From NCBI RefSeq assembly GCF_030144855.1, contig NC_082727.1, positions 41,850,001 through 41,914,000 of the forward strand: a stretch of DNA of 64,000 nucleotides, given 5' to 3'. A program made the position numbers and the translations under genes. Shown here in pieces: positions 1 to 12,879 of the stretch. This DNA comes from Hypanus sabinus. Lineage: Eukaryota. The notes below the pieces were generated by a model. It was given only the letters and a program-made list of their open reading frames with translations, did no database searches and was not told the DNA's origin. Each line of letters opens with the position of its first letter. Positions within the stretch are counted from its first letter, which is position 1.

Positions 1-834
1 AGGTAACACTATGGCTAAATACTTCCCAATCTCTTCCACCATCTATTTTCATCACATTACTACTGACTGGTGTTCTTTTCTATAATAAATCATGGAGACG
101 GTTTATCAAACATTAACCATACTGGAAATCTTGTCTTTCTGAAAATCTTCAAGACCTTGGAGCATGTTTAACCCCACCATCAATGAATATTCTTGAACAG
201 AAGTGCAACTGTTGAATGTTTATCTCCATTCATCACCCTTTCAAAACTGAGGAGGTGGTCTCGAGTTGGACGTTGGCAGCACACAAATTTGGACAAATAA
301 GTACAGTAGCACATAGCATTATGCTGGGAAATCCTTATTTCAATCAGGAAATTCACTGCCTCTAAACTTTGACATTCAACAGTATGACACTTGAATTTCC
401 CTATTATAAATGTCTGTAATTATTAAATCAACATGGAATTCAACAATTTCAGATTGAGCTTTTATTTCACTTGTGCAGCATCCCTGTCTACTTCTCTTCC
501 TACTTTTACTTCTCTTCCAGCAAGTTTAAATTTTATTCATTGTCTATTTACTTCTCTCTCAAATATATCTGCTTTATCACCCTCTTTCAGCCAGCACTGG
601 TTCACCTTTCTTGGAATCCAATTTTTGCTCTCATTGCCCTGTCCACATTCTCTGCAACTTTAAAGTTGTTTTATTTCAACTTTTCCTAGTTCTGAAGAAG
701 GGGCACTGACAAGTGTTTCTCTCTTCACACAAGTTGACTGACAAACTGAGTACTTCTAACATTTTCTATTTTATTTCAGGATGTCCAGCAACTACCCTTT
801 TGAATCATGCTCTTTAAAAGACCTCTCATGCAAA

Positions 835-1130
835 AATGGTAGTGAATTAGTGTTCATGGGTTCAATGCTCATTCAGAAATCTGATGGTAGAGGGGAAGGA
901 GCTGTTGCTGAATTATCGAATGTTTGCCTTCAGGCTTCTGTACCTCCTCTCTGATGGTAATAATGAGAGGAGGACATGTCCTGGGTGATAGGGATCCTTA
1001 AAGATGGATGCCACCTTTTTAAGGCATCACTCCTTCAAGATGTCCTGGATGCTGGGGAGGCTAGTGTCCATGGTAGAGCTGATTGAGCTTACAACTTTCT
1101 GCAGCTTATTTTGATCCTGTGCAGTGTCCC
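835..1130 (-). mobile_element. Rex1/Babar-type LINE 3' fragment
   Basis: Reverse strand encodes a degraded ORF2 C-terminus of the ...KDPxHPGHxLFxLLPSGRRYRSL... type. Confidence 0.7.
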
Positions 1131-1304
1131 CATGCCCCCACCCACCCCATACCAGACAGTGATGCAGCAGATTAGGATGTTCTCCACAGTTAGAATGATT
1201 TGCACGATATTCTGTAATTTTCTCTTTTCTTGTTACTATCCCAATATCATTATGTATAACATGGTCGGTCTGGTTGCACGCAAAAATGGAAAACAGAAGT
1301 TTTT

Positions 1305-2230
1305 CACACAAAAAATGCTGGAGGAATGCTATAGAAAAGAGTACTGTTGATGTTTTGGGCCAAGAGCCTTCATCAGGACTGGAAAAAAGAGATGAGGAGT
1401 AGATTTAAAAGATGTGGGGAGGGAAGAGAGAAACCCAAGGTGATAGGTGAAACCAGGAGGGGGAGGGATGAAGTAAAGAGCTGGGAAGTTGATTGGTGAA
1501 AGAGATACAGGACTGGAGAAGGGGAAATCCAACTGGAGAAGACAGGCCATGGAAAAAAGAAAAGGGGGGGAGGAGCACCAGAGGGAGTTGATGGGCAGGC
1601 AAAGAGATAAGGTGAGAAAGGGAAAAGGGGCTGGGGAATGGTGAAAGGAGGAGGGCATTACTGGAAGTTCAAGAGATCGATGTTCATACCGTGAGGTTGG
1701 TGCCTAGCCAGATGGAAGGTAAGCTGTTGTTCCTCCAACCTGAGGGAAGGATTGTTTGGGGCCCTGAATGGTAGTGAGGGAGGAGATGTGGGGTCAGCAC
1801 TTGTTCCGCTTGCAAGGGTAAATGCCAGGAGGGAGATCAGTGGGGAGGGACGAATGAACAACGGAGTTGCGTAGGGAACGATCCCTGGGGAAAGCAGAAG
1901 GGGGGCGGTGGGCAGGGAAATATGTGTTTGGTGGTGGGATCCAGTTGGAGATGGCGGATGTTCTGGAGAATTATGTGCTAGAGGCTGGTGGGGTTGCAGG
2001 TGAAGGTAAGAGAAACCCTATCCCTGGTAAGGAGGCAGAAGGATGGGTACGAGAAATGGAAGAGATGCAGCTGAGGGCAGTGTTGATGGCAGGGGAAAGG
2101 AAGTTCCTTTCTTTGAAAAAGGAGGCCATCTCCTTCGTTCTGGAATGAAACGCCTCATTCTGAGAGCAGATGCAGCAGAGATGGAGGAAGTGAGAGAAGG
2201 GGATGGCATTTTTACAAGTAAGAGGGTGGG
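1305..2230 (-). mobile_element. Penelope-like element (GIY-YIG region plus pseudo-LTR), left arm of an inverted pair
   Basis: LRLEEQQLTFHLARHQPHGMNIDLLNFQ (ORF 1658-1861) is a PLE GIY-YIG C-terminus, followed by the typical pLTR tail. Confidence 0.8.
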
Positions 2231-2249
2231 AAGAGGGTATAGTCCATGC

Positions 2250-2990
2250 CGTTTTGAGAGTCCTTTCAGGGCCCCAAACAGTCCTTCCAGGTGAGATGAC
2301 ACTTTACCTGTGAGTCTGTTGGGGTCATATACTGTGTCTGGTGCTCCCAGTCTGGCCTCTTGTATATCGCTGAGCACTTATGCTCTGTCTGCCAGAAAAA
2401 GTGGGATCTCCCAGTGGCCACTCACTTTAATTCCACTTCCCATTCCTTTTCCGGTATGTCAATTCATGGCCTCCTCTACTGTCAAGATGAGGCGACTCTC
2501 AGGCTGGAGGAACAATACCTTATATTCCGTCTGAATAGCCTCCAAACTCATGGCATGAATATCGATTTCTTGAACTTCCAGTAATGGCCCCCCCTTCTTT
2601 CATGATTCCCCATCCCTTTTTCCCTTTCTCACCTTATCTCTTTGCCTGCCCATCATCTCCCTCTGGTGCTCCTCCCCACTTTCTTTCTTCCATGGCCTTC
2701 TGTCCTCTCCGATCAGATTCCCCATCCTCCAGCCCTGCGTCTGATTCACCAATCAACTTCCCAACTCTTTACCTCACCCCTCCCCCTCCTGGTTTCACCT
2801 ATCACCTGTTTTTCTCTCTTTCTCCTACCCCTACCTCTTAAATCTATTCCTCATCATTTTTTTCTCCAGTCCAGCCGAAGAGTCTCAGCCCATAACATCG
2901 ACTGTACTTTTTTCCATAGATGCTGCCGAGTTCCTCCAGCATTTTGTGTGTGTTGCTCGGATTTCCAGCAACTGCAGATTTTCTCTTGCT
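2250..2990 (+). mobile_element. Penelope-like element pseudo-LTR (GIY-YIG region), right arm of an inverted pair
   Basis: LRLEEQYLIFRLNSLQTHGMNIDFLNFQ (ORF 2360-2584); reverse-complement similarity to 1305-1780. Confidence 0.82.
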
Positions 2991-5900
2991 TTTCACTGTA
3001 TCTCATACTTGTGGCAAAAATAAACCTATACTAATCCTAATTGTAGTCGTTTGCTTACAGTTCAGAATGAAAGCAGGTTGCTTTTGTAATGAGAAGTTCA
3101 CCTGAAAGGAAATGAATTTTGAAGTGACCACATTGTTACAGCATTTTCTGCTTTTGCCGTTATGAGAGACACCACAGGAGTTTAAAAAAGATCCGCTATG
3201 TTATTTTTGAGAATGCTGCAAAATAAACCAGCTTTTTATCATTGAGCAAGATAAGCTAAGTTCAATGGCTGCACAAGTGAAAAATGGAAAAGAAAATGCT
3301 CAAGGGTTCACCCACAAAAGAGTAGAGTTGAATCACTATCTGATGGCTTGATCTTTGCTCTAAATTAAGGTTAAAATATATTTGGCCCATTTCTACCAGA
3401 CAGGTGGTTTAACCATTTCTAATTTGTTTTCTGAAAAAAAGACTTCTAAATTATTAAGTATCAGGGATAGCATCATGAAGGAGGGAAGGTCTATAGGCAA
3501 AGAACAGGAATTTCAAATGGGCATTTGACTTGAACAGAATTATAAATGACCAATTTAACAATCTGTGGACATTAAGCAACTAATTTCACGTCTTAATGTT
3601 GATGACCTCTTGGTGTCCATTTTTTTTTGAAGAGAGGCTTTTACAAACTCACACTGGGATAGGAAACTGACTGAAAGTTCATGCTATCACATTAGGTACA
3701 TGTCTTAGTGAATGGGTTAACACTGTAATGATACTTAAACAGAAATCATATCAACTGTAACATGTACATAACGTTACATTACTGCTTTGTACGTTTAGTG
3801 TATGATTTTAACAAAGCAGCCCAAAGCATGACATACATGATATCTTGTCTAGTGTAAACATAACTGGCCTTTAGAAGGCTGGAAGTATTTGCTTGTTCAT
3901 GAAGACCAGTTCTGCACTGAAAGAAGTTTCATTATCATACTCACAATGCTACACTGTTGCATCAGAAGATAAGGGGCAATGTGTGCTAATTCCTGCAAAA
4001 AGGAAGCAAGCAGGAATTGGCAGCATACCCCTGAACTTGAGCTGATATCTCAACTGGCAGGATATGAATAGAAAAATTAGAAAAACATACTATCAGTTGA
4101 TTAATTTATGGTCAATGAAGGACAGATATACATAAAGGAAATAGTAAAACCATTAAAAGTAAGAGGAGTCTCTGAGATCACTGAGCAAAGCAGTTTGGAC
4201 ATTGAATGATAGGGTCATAGTAATACACAAGGATATCTGGCCCATCAATTCTGTGCTGGAATATTGTAAATAGTCAATCCTATCCCCCTGCTATATCCAC
4301 ATTGACTTGCAAATTATTTACCTTCATTTATCAATCCAATTCTCTTTGGAAGCCATAACTAAATGGGCATCTAACACATTGTCAGGAAGTATATTCCAAA
4401 CTATTACTGGCAGCACACAAAAATAATTCCCTCATGTTACTCCTGCATTCTTCAACAGTTTGTCTGGTTTTGATTGTCCTGCATTATTATAATGAGTTCA
4501 TATTTTCCCTAATATTTCATCATTGTTCATTGTGTTCATGTTTATTAAATTTAGCAAAAACCACCTCAGCTCCAGGAAGAACAATCCCAAATTCTTCAGT
4601 CAACGTCATAACCAATATTCATAATTCCTGGAATTATTCCCATAAACCTTTACTGCACCTTTCTCGTCCTTTGCATTCTGCTAAAGTGTGATGACTGGAA
4701 TTGGATACAATATTTTAAACACTGTTGTACAAAGATCAAACATAATGTCCTGGCTTTTGCTCACTATGAAACCTAGCATCCCATATATTTCATCAACACC
4801 TTTCTGAAACTGCCTCAAGACCTTCAAAAATTGGTGCATGTTCAGATCCCACTGTTTCCGATTATTTGCCTTTTATTCTTCCATAACGTGCACCTCCCTG
4901 TGTTTTCTGGAGATCTACTTGATCTTTTTCACCATTTAATCGCACTTGCATCATGGGGTCATACTTGTGTTTTTGGAAACGTTGCCAGAAATACATATCT
5001 AAGGCTTGGCCTCAAAGTCTACTACCAGCACTTGTTTTCCACACTTTTCTCCAAGGCCACATTTGCTTTTTATGGTTCATAAAATGCTGGCCAAATTACA
5101 AATGTTTTTAGACACCACTGGTAAACTTTGACATTAACTGGCACTTTTTGCTAAATGCAGACAGGTAATGGAATTGCATTGTATCACCAATATACCTTTT
5201 GTTCTTGTATACTTTTTCTACTGAAGTAATGCATCCTCAGAATTATTATTCTTGAGGACAGTTTGACCACCTCATGAACCCTATATCTTCCAATTTCATC
5301 ACTTATTCTTGTTTCTATGGATCTGCTACAAATGGTCAAGATTCATTTCAATGGCAGATGTACTGAATTAACAGCCTTCTAAAGTTAGAGGAATGAAAAT
5401 AAACAGGGCTAACCTGAAAAAAGCAAGGGGCAATTAGGCCTAATTTATACAACTACCCTAAAACTGACCTAAGCATGCTGGCCCAAATGGTATTGTTCCT
5501 GCAGCTGGAAGGGCAATTTGTTTTATTGTCCTGATATAGATGTTGAAATGGCCATGAAAATATTTATTTTTACAGCTCTAATTGCTGAGGAAAAGAGAAA
5601 CATGTTAGTGTGGTTAGCCTTTTGTTTTGAATTGCAGGTACATTTCATTACTTGAAGTTCAAGTGGTTCTTGATGTTGACTCCAGCTATAGCTGGCACTC
5701 TGTGGGATATCTGGAATAGTCCTTATTTCAGTCCTCCTTGGACCACCTCACCCATTTTGTTATCAATGACAACTTCTTCCTATACTCAAATGTGACTCAA
5801 ACACATTATTACTTAATTTCAGTATATACCCGGATTTCATCTTGATGTGGTCTACCTTCTCTTCTCAGACCTTCCTGTCTTTTTCTCATGGACTGTTGAA

Positions 5901-6239
5901 TGACAAACCAACTCAAAGAACCTCACAGCTATATCAACTCTACTTCCTCACACTCTGCTTTTCATAAGGACTCCATTCTATTCTGCCATTTCCTCCATCA
6001 CCTTTATTTCACCCACTCGACCACAGTTTCACTGTAGCAGTAGTTTGTATCAGCTACGGGATGGACCGTAGCAGCACACCAAAACTCCTCAGACAACACC
6101 TTCCAACTCACAACAACCACCAGTTAGAAGGACAAGGGCAGAAAAAGCATGGAACCACTACCGAGTTGTTCCTTTTCACCCCTTGTGGCATATCTGGACG
6201 CACTTTTGCCATTTCCATAGCATTTTGATTGTTCTCCCC

Positions 6240-6378
6240 CCCCCAACCCCCACGGCCAAGTTGCTGGCTTGACCCTCAACCCAGCACAGATGGAAAGCAT
6301 GCAAGGAACCGGCCAGATTTGAACTCAGGACCATTCGCCTCGAAGTCTGGTGATGCCACTACACCACCAACCAGCATA
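6240..6378 (-). mobile_element. tRNA-derived SINE
   Basis: Reverse strand has an A box (TGGTGTAGTGG) and a B box (GAGTTCAAATC) followed by a non-tRNA body. Confidence 0.65.
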
Positions 6379-6580
6379 CCAAATGAGTGTTGCCTCCAAA
6401 CCACATACCATCCTGATATGTCAAAAATATTGCTTGTTCTTTCACTGTTGCTGGGTCAAAATCTTTGATCTAGTAATATTGTGGGTATACCCGTATCACA
6501 AAGTTTACCGTGGTTCAGGGAGGCAGTTAAACATGACTTTCTCAAAGGCAACTGGGAATGGGCAAATCCGAGTATATATA

Positions 6581-7062
6581 CAGTACTGTGCACAAGTCTT
6601 AGCCCTCCTAGTCAGGGGTTGCCAACCTTATTTATATCATGGACCCTTACCATTAACCAAGGGGTCCATGGACCCCAAATTTATATGGTTTCTGATAGTA
6701 TGGCCTCCACAGAGCCCTGATCTCAACATTATCAAGTCAGGCTGGGGTTACCTGGGAAACAGAAACAAGCAAGACGGCTGAAGTCTGTAGAAAAGCTGTG
6801 TCAAGTTCTCCAAGGTGCTTGGGACAACCTACCAGCTGATTTTCTTAGAAAACGGCATGAGAGTGTACCTAAGAGAATTCATGCAGTTTTAAAGGCAAAG
6901 GGTAGTTACACAAAATATTGATTTGTTTTAGTGTTTTTTTTTACTGTGTACCGCTCTTTATAGTTTTTTTTGGAGTTCATAAACTTTTCATTTCTTTACT
7001 TTTGAAAGTATCTTTGCTTTACTGATTTTTTTACATGAGCCTAAGACTTTTGCATGGTACTG
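6581..7062 (+). mobile_element. Internally deleted Tc1-like element with an hAT MITE fragment inserted at about 6613-6680
   Basis: TIRs CAGTACTGTGCACAAGTCTTAG / CTAAGACTTTTGCATGGTACTG, TA on both sides, transposase remnant WPPQSPDLNI. Confidence 0.78.
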
Positions 7063-7539
7063 TATACACACAAGAAAATATATGTCCTGTTGAAGACATT
7101 TTCGGCAACGGTATCCTGCAACATCTTCCATTTTCCTGCACATTGGCTTCTACTCTACGATTGGTGACCAACAACCCACACTGCTTGCATAAAGGTTGGA
7201 AGGATGTCTCCTTGAGTTCAAAATTTAGAGAAAGCCACGTGGTAAACAACCAATGTAAAACATTAAAAAAATACTTAACCCTTTGGTTGGCTCTTTTTAC
7301 TAGGAAGTGTGAGGTTTTTTTTATATACCAAAGGTTGATGCAGTTCTTATCTGCTCAGCTGCATTCTATTGTATTATATAATTGTAATCTATGAGATTTT
7401 GTATTAGATTGGATACTTTTCAATCTATAGGACACGTGAATGTTTAAGACTCCACCCATCAATGTCAGAGTCCTATATTCCTAAGAGGTAAGATATCACT
7501 TCTTCATGAAAGAAAGCAAGGAGCCATCCATTCACTTAC

Positions 7540-7602
7540 CAAAAATATTGCACCAGATATTCGCTGCTTCTCCACAACCTTGGCAGCATCATATAAATTA
7601 TT
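7540..7602 (-). CDS. BLNK: BLNK-family coding exon 2 (NNLYDAAKVVEKQRISGAIFL), SAM-type domain
   Basis: ctttctacag acceptor and gtaagt donor; 63 nt, phase 0/0. Same length and motif as LCP2 exon 2 (LNYKDCEKAVKKYHIDGARFL). Confidence 0.82.
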
Positions 7603-8067
7603 CTGTAGAAAGACAGATTTAGGAAGCAGTTAACTTCAAGCATCAACTAGTTAAAAGATTACAAAATAAAATCACATTTAATCATAAGGTAAAACTGTTA
7701 CGAAACAATTTTACATAATCAACAGATTCACTTTAAGTTACCACTTCATGGAATTGAATGCACATTGTCAGCTAGCGTTTTGCTTCATCTGTAACAAGGC
7801 TAGTTTGTCTGTTAAGTTGATCAGTTGTTACCGAGCAGCCGCGCAGCCTTGCAAAACTTCCTGGGTTCTTTGGAATGTCAAGACTATACTTCAATTTTAC
7901 TCCATTTTCTTAAATACAACCATCTCAAGATTTTGCAGGCGAACAGGGGCAGTATTGTACAAACACATAGTTTTATATAAAATTACGCCGTGGTTTTAGC
8001 GCTCATTTAAGGGAATCTATCTGGAACTCGTTTTGTTTCTTTAAATTGAGAGAAACTTCTGTCTTAC

Positions 8068-8142
8068 CAGTCGTAGGTACTCTGCAAGTTCCCAACATCT
8101 CCAGTTTTCACACTCTTCCCGAGTCGGCAACTTCGTAGCCAT
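8068..8142 (-). CDS. BLNK: BLNK (SLP-65)/SLP-76-family adaptor, coding exon 1 (MATKLPTREECENWRCWELAEYLRL), start of SAM-type domain
   Basis: Good Kozak context (ccaATGG), 75-nt phase-0 exon ending at a GTAAGA donor, CpG-rich surroundings. The peptide resembles the N-terminus of teleost Blnk and LCP2 (W..x.LA.Y). Head-to-head with DNTT, as human BLNK is. Confidence 0.8.
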
Positions 8143-8340
8143 TGGTACCACAGAGAACTCGCCTTAGTGTCCAGCCTGACCTAAGCGGCGCGACAACTGA
8201 TCCCAGTAACCTTTTTTTCCTGGCACAGGGCGGAAGTTTTCAGTTTAAAGGGTGTGTGAAAGTTCTTCCCTGTGGTTTTGACACCATTGCGTAATTGGTA
8301 AATATTTTGCCAGGCGATTGGAAGGAAACGAAAAGCAAAA
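8143..8340 (-). promoter_or_regulatory. BLNK 5'UTR/proximal promoter with ETS (GGAAGT, about 8232-8237) and EICE-type GGAAACGAAA (8324-8333) motifs
   Basis: Locally CpG-rich unique sequence directly upstream of the ATG exon; motif matches by eye only. Confidence 0.45.
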
Positions 8341-8699
8341 ATACACGTCGTCGCTTAGAATATCAGTAAAAAATAGACCTTAACCGACAACAGTCCAAAA
8401 GTCACAGTCACGAGCTGCGGAGAAAGCTAACAAACATGCAGAAGCTAGAAATCTGAAATAAAAGCAAAAAAAAAATGTTGGCAATGCGTGTATTTTCTGT
8501 TATGATGCTGTTCGGACGTACCTCGCATTGAACCTGGGATTGACAATACTGTATTGCAGTGATCAATATTAACGTATTTATTTAGAAAGTAAACTTTAAG
8601 TGATTTTATTTTGTTCCTATATGTATTCTTCAGTGACTAATAACTGATTGAAAAAAAAACACACGGATAATTTAAAATCCAGATTAGTTAAAATGAGCC

Positions 8700-9010
8700 G
8701 CCTGTACTAATGGTGGATCTTCCCCTCACATGTGGGCCTCAAAACTGAGAGAAGTTTGTTTAGGCGCAGGTGTGGAGCAAAGCAGTCTGGGAACGGGGAG
8801 GGGGTGGTCCATGCCTGGTGGCGGTGGTGGGGTGGGGGCTGTGTTGTGTGACGTGGTGTGTAGGGAGAGAAATTGAAATGGTCTGGAATCAGAAGGACAT
8901 CCGATGCAGTTTGTGTGGGTAAGGTGGAATGCAGCCAGAAAGAATAGGTAGGATAATTCGGCAGATCAGTACTGTGAGAAAATTTTGTCAGCTGTATCAC
9001 ATTCAGGATT
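8700..9010 (-). mobile_element. Penelope-like element fragment
   Basis: Degraded PLE ORF-like sequence; ORF 8707-9087 contains PDCFAPHLRLNKLL-type segments. Confidence 0.5.
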
Positions 9011-9369
9011 CTAGAGCAAGTTCCTAGACTGGATTTTATAAACTGGAACCTGTTCATTAATATTACCGTCAAAGAATCATACAGCACCCAAACAGAGCCG
9101 ATAGCTCACTAGTTGACCAGGGTGGTTTCCTCAGCTGGGCTGGTTTGCCTTCATTTGGCACTGTTGAATCGTGGTCATTTCGTGATCCAGGGGTTCCTCA
9201 GAAGTCAGGAATGAGGCATAAAACTCGGCCAAATATTCTACCTCCTTCCTGTAAGCTGATTTATCCCCACCTTTGATTTGGCACACAGCAACATACTCAA
9301 CAAATCTATAGAAAAGTAACTATGACAGGATCAATGAAACACTGCCCAACTAGGTATTCAACCAGAGTG

Positions 9370-9870
9370 AAGAAGATAACAAACTATGCAAATGCAAATA
9401 TAAATAAATAGCAATAAATAACGAGAACATGAGATGAAGTATCCTCGAAAGTGAGTCCATTGGTTGTGGGAACATTTCGATGATGGGTCAAGTAAAATTG
9501 AGTGAAGTTATCTCCTTTTGTCAAAAGCCTAATGGTTGAGGGATAGTAAATGTCTTTGAACTTGGTGGTGTGAATCTTGTACCTTCTGCCTGATGGCAAT
9601 TGCAAGAAGAGAGCATGACCTGGGTTTTGGGGAACCCAGATGATGGATGGAGCTTTTCTATCATAGTATTTAAAGTAGATGCACTCAATGGTTGGGAGGA
9701 CTTTACTCACGATATGCTGGGCCAAATCCACTACTTTTTGTAGGATTTTCCATTTACGGACATTCATGTTTCCATAGTAGGCTGTGATGCAGCCAGTCAA
9801 TATACTCTCCACTATGTCAAAGTTTCAGATGTCATGCCAAATCTCCGGAAATGCCTAAGAAAGCAGAGGC
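9370..9870 (-). mobile_element. Rex1/Babar-type LINE 3' fragment
   Basis: ORF 9384-9812: ESILTGCITAYYG...LFLQLPSGRRYK...YYPSTIRLL. Confidence 0.8.
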
Positions 9871-10317
9871 ATGCCTTGCTTTTTTTTTGTAATTGGATTT
9901 ACATGCTGGGCCCAGGACAGGTCCCCTGAAATTGTAACTCCTAGGAATTTGAAATTGCTAACCCTCTCTTCCTCTGATGAGGACTTGCATATGGAACTCT
10001 GGTTTCCCTCTCCTGAAGTCTATAATCAGTTCCTTGGTCTCTTATTTGGTTACATGAGCTCTTACAGTATCTTTTTAAGCAGCCTACCTTGTCTTACTGT
10101 AGTCAATGTGTTATATAATGGTATACAGTGGTATACTTAGTGACCTCCATGAAGAATTCAATCAAATTAGTCAGATATAAATTGCACCCCACTCTCACAA
10201 TAAAGCCCATGCTGACTATCCCTAATCATTCCCTTTCTCTGCTAGTGCTGATTAATGCTTTGCCTCAGATTTAAAAAAAATAATTTCCCTAACATTGATT
10301 TTAGAGTCATCATGTTA

Positions 10318-10615
10318 GCCTAGCAGTTGGCACAATGCTTCACAGTGCCAGCAATCACCAGTCGGGTGTTTGATTCTCGCTGCTGTCTGTAAGGAGTTTG
10401 TACGTTCTCCCCGTGACCGAGCGTGCTTCCTCCAGGAGCTCCAGTTTCCTCCCACATTCCAAACCAGACAGTAAGGGGTGGTGAATTATGGGCATGCTAC
10501 GCTGGCACTGGAAGCACGTCAACACTTGTGGGCTGCCCCCAGCACGTCTTTGGACTGGGTTGGTTGTTGATAGAAACGGTGCATTTCATTGCATGTGGCA
10601 AATAAACCTAACCTT
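10318..10615 (+). mobile_element. HE1/V-type SINE
   Basis: tRNA-like head plus V-domain core (tgtacgttctccccgtgacc...gtttcctcccacattccaaa). Confidence 0.75.
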
Positions 10616-11389
10616 TGGAGTCACTGGCTTTAATGCCTGGCCTCTTTTATATTTGTTGGCCTGCAGTCATATGGCATCTCTCCTTTGGCTGGAGAAGATT
10701 TGAAAATTTCTGTCAGAGCCCAGCAATCTCCTCTTTTGCCTTCCATAGCATATAACAGACATCAGGATATGAGAATTTATCCATCTTACAGCTTACTATC
10801 TAATTCCACCATCTTTTTGATGGCTATTTGTTTAGAATTCCACTGTACCTTTCCTTGAATCCTCTAGCTGTTAAGTATTTCTTCATCATGAATATGATGA
10901 GAAGTACTTACTTAAGGCCTTGACTACATCCTCTAGCTCCAGACAGAGATTACTACTTTGGTACCAACTGGACTCTTCTTCCCTGATTTCTATCTTGTCC
11001 TTAGAGTACTTATAAATGCTTTGGGATTTTCCAGAGACATTTTTTGCTCTTTGTTCACCTTCCAAATTGATTTCTTTACCACATATTGTATATTCTCTTA
11101 CATCCTCTCTTGGTATCAGTTTTCTAAACTTGCCAAATCTTATCTTTTTTTAAAAACCTTTATTTTGAACCCTTGATATTCCTTGGCATCTGGGGTTCCT
11201 TTGACTTGTTGTCTTACCCTTCTCTATTATGGTAACAAGTTGACCCCAAGCTTTCACAATTTCATTTTTGATCCCATGTAGACTAAAGCACAAGTAGCTG
11301 CACCTGGTCCACTTGTGCCATGTGTTATCTCATCAAAATCAACCTTCCTCTAAATCAGGTCCTTAATTTCCGAATATATCATTCTCTTT

Positions 11390-12000
11390 CTATATAACAA
11401 TCCTAAGCTTTCAATGTTGTGACCAAGGAGAAATCTGAAACAGTTTAGACTTGCAAGACTAATTCCAATGAATGAATCAAAGTTCTCTAAAATAGAGAAG
11501 CCCCAAACCTTCCCTGCACACTTTCACCAAACTCATTCTGAAAGAAAATCTACTTCTGCTTCTCTAGTCGTCCAGTGTATTTGTTGATCCAAAGACAGGC
11601 TAAGAGCTTTGCAAGTAATGTTTTTTTCTGACTTCTGAAAGGGGAAGGGAAAGGACGATACACCCAGTGATGGAATATGCATGAAGGTATTAGAAGTTAC
11701 AAAGGAGGGCTTATTGAGTGTGGAGACTAGTGGTATTGAAAGTGAAGATCGGTAGAATTTTATCCTTGCATTGGCAAAGAGGCAGATAGTGAGATTAAAG
11801 ATGGTGGGAAACTGGTTGAGGGCTCTGTCAACTATGGAAGAGAGGAAGGCATTGTTCAGGTGAAAGGAAGACACCTCCAAGGCACTTTGAGGAAAATCAT
11901 ATCATCAGAGCCGATATAACAGAGGAGTACTGAGGGACTGGAACATAATCCTTAAAGGAGCAGGGTGCAAGGTGATGGTAGGATAGTAGTGGGCGACTGG
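11390..12000 (-). mobile_element. Degraded Penelope-like fragment
   Basis: ORF 11533-11880 has PLE-type FLSSIVDRAL... segments and a degraded GIY-YIG tail. Confidence 0.55.
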
Positions 12001-12879
12001 GCTAGTAGCTGATGTGTTTTGTTAAATGAGATCTGGAAATAGTTGTCATGGTGAGAACTGGGTGCAAATTAGCAATTGTCATGGTCCCTTCTGGCACCTG
12101 GCTATCTTCCTCAGGAATTGGGCCTCAATCACATCGTTTAGTTCCCAATCATTCCCAGGTTCCACTAACTACAAACACCTGCTTTCCATCAGCACATGCA
12201 GTATAAAAATCCTGTCAACACTCACACAAAATGCTGGTGTAACACAGCAGGTCAGTTAGCATCTATAAGGAGAAGCACTGTTGACATTTTGGGCTGAGAC
12301 CCCTGAACCATCGATAGTGCTACTCCTAACAGATGCTGCCTGGCCTGCTGTGTTCCACCAGCATTTTGTGTATGTTGTTTGAATTTCCAGCATCTACAGA
12401 TTTCCCTGTGTTTGCTCATAAAAATCCTGTGACCACAACAAGGAGGTGCCAGTTTGTTGGCTGATTCATGTATGAATAACCTCATTCCTCAGCCCATTCT
12501 TAGGACTACCAGTTCTAAGTCTAGCATCATTCCTGAATTCTCTATTAAAACCAAGACTCTGGGTAAAGACTCCCTTGGCACCCATTCCATGCTTACTATG
12601 ACTGTAATGCCTCCCAACTTGGCCTCCGTGCCCGTGCTCAGCACTTGGGTTTGTTCCACTGCCACGCCTGTGCAACAGAAACAAGTTAATGAATTTTTTG
12701 AGTTCTAGTGAGTGCAACAAGTAGACCAATACATTGATCATTGTAGCAGAGAAAGATTTGAGACAGGAGCCTGAGTAGGATTTAAATGTGGGATGTTCTG
12801 TGTTTCCCAGAAAAAGGCAGGCATAGGCTCACACAAGTTCTGATAGCTACACTTTTGATCCGGAGAAGGTGAATGGAGT

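Noticed and set aside
100-146. 47-nt phase-0/2 candidate for BLNK exon 3 (IFRKTRFPVWLMFDKP)
   Set aside because: Weak acceptor and donor, and no resemblance to SAM helix 4-5.
7031-7249. Minus ORF with CGLLVTNRRVEANVQENG after an AG, as a possible BLNK exon
   Set aside because: No good donor; overlaps the Tc1 TIR; exon 7540-7602 already fills the expected SAM position.
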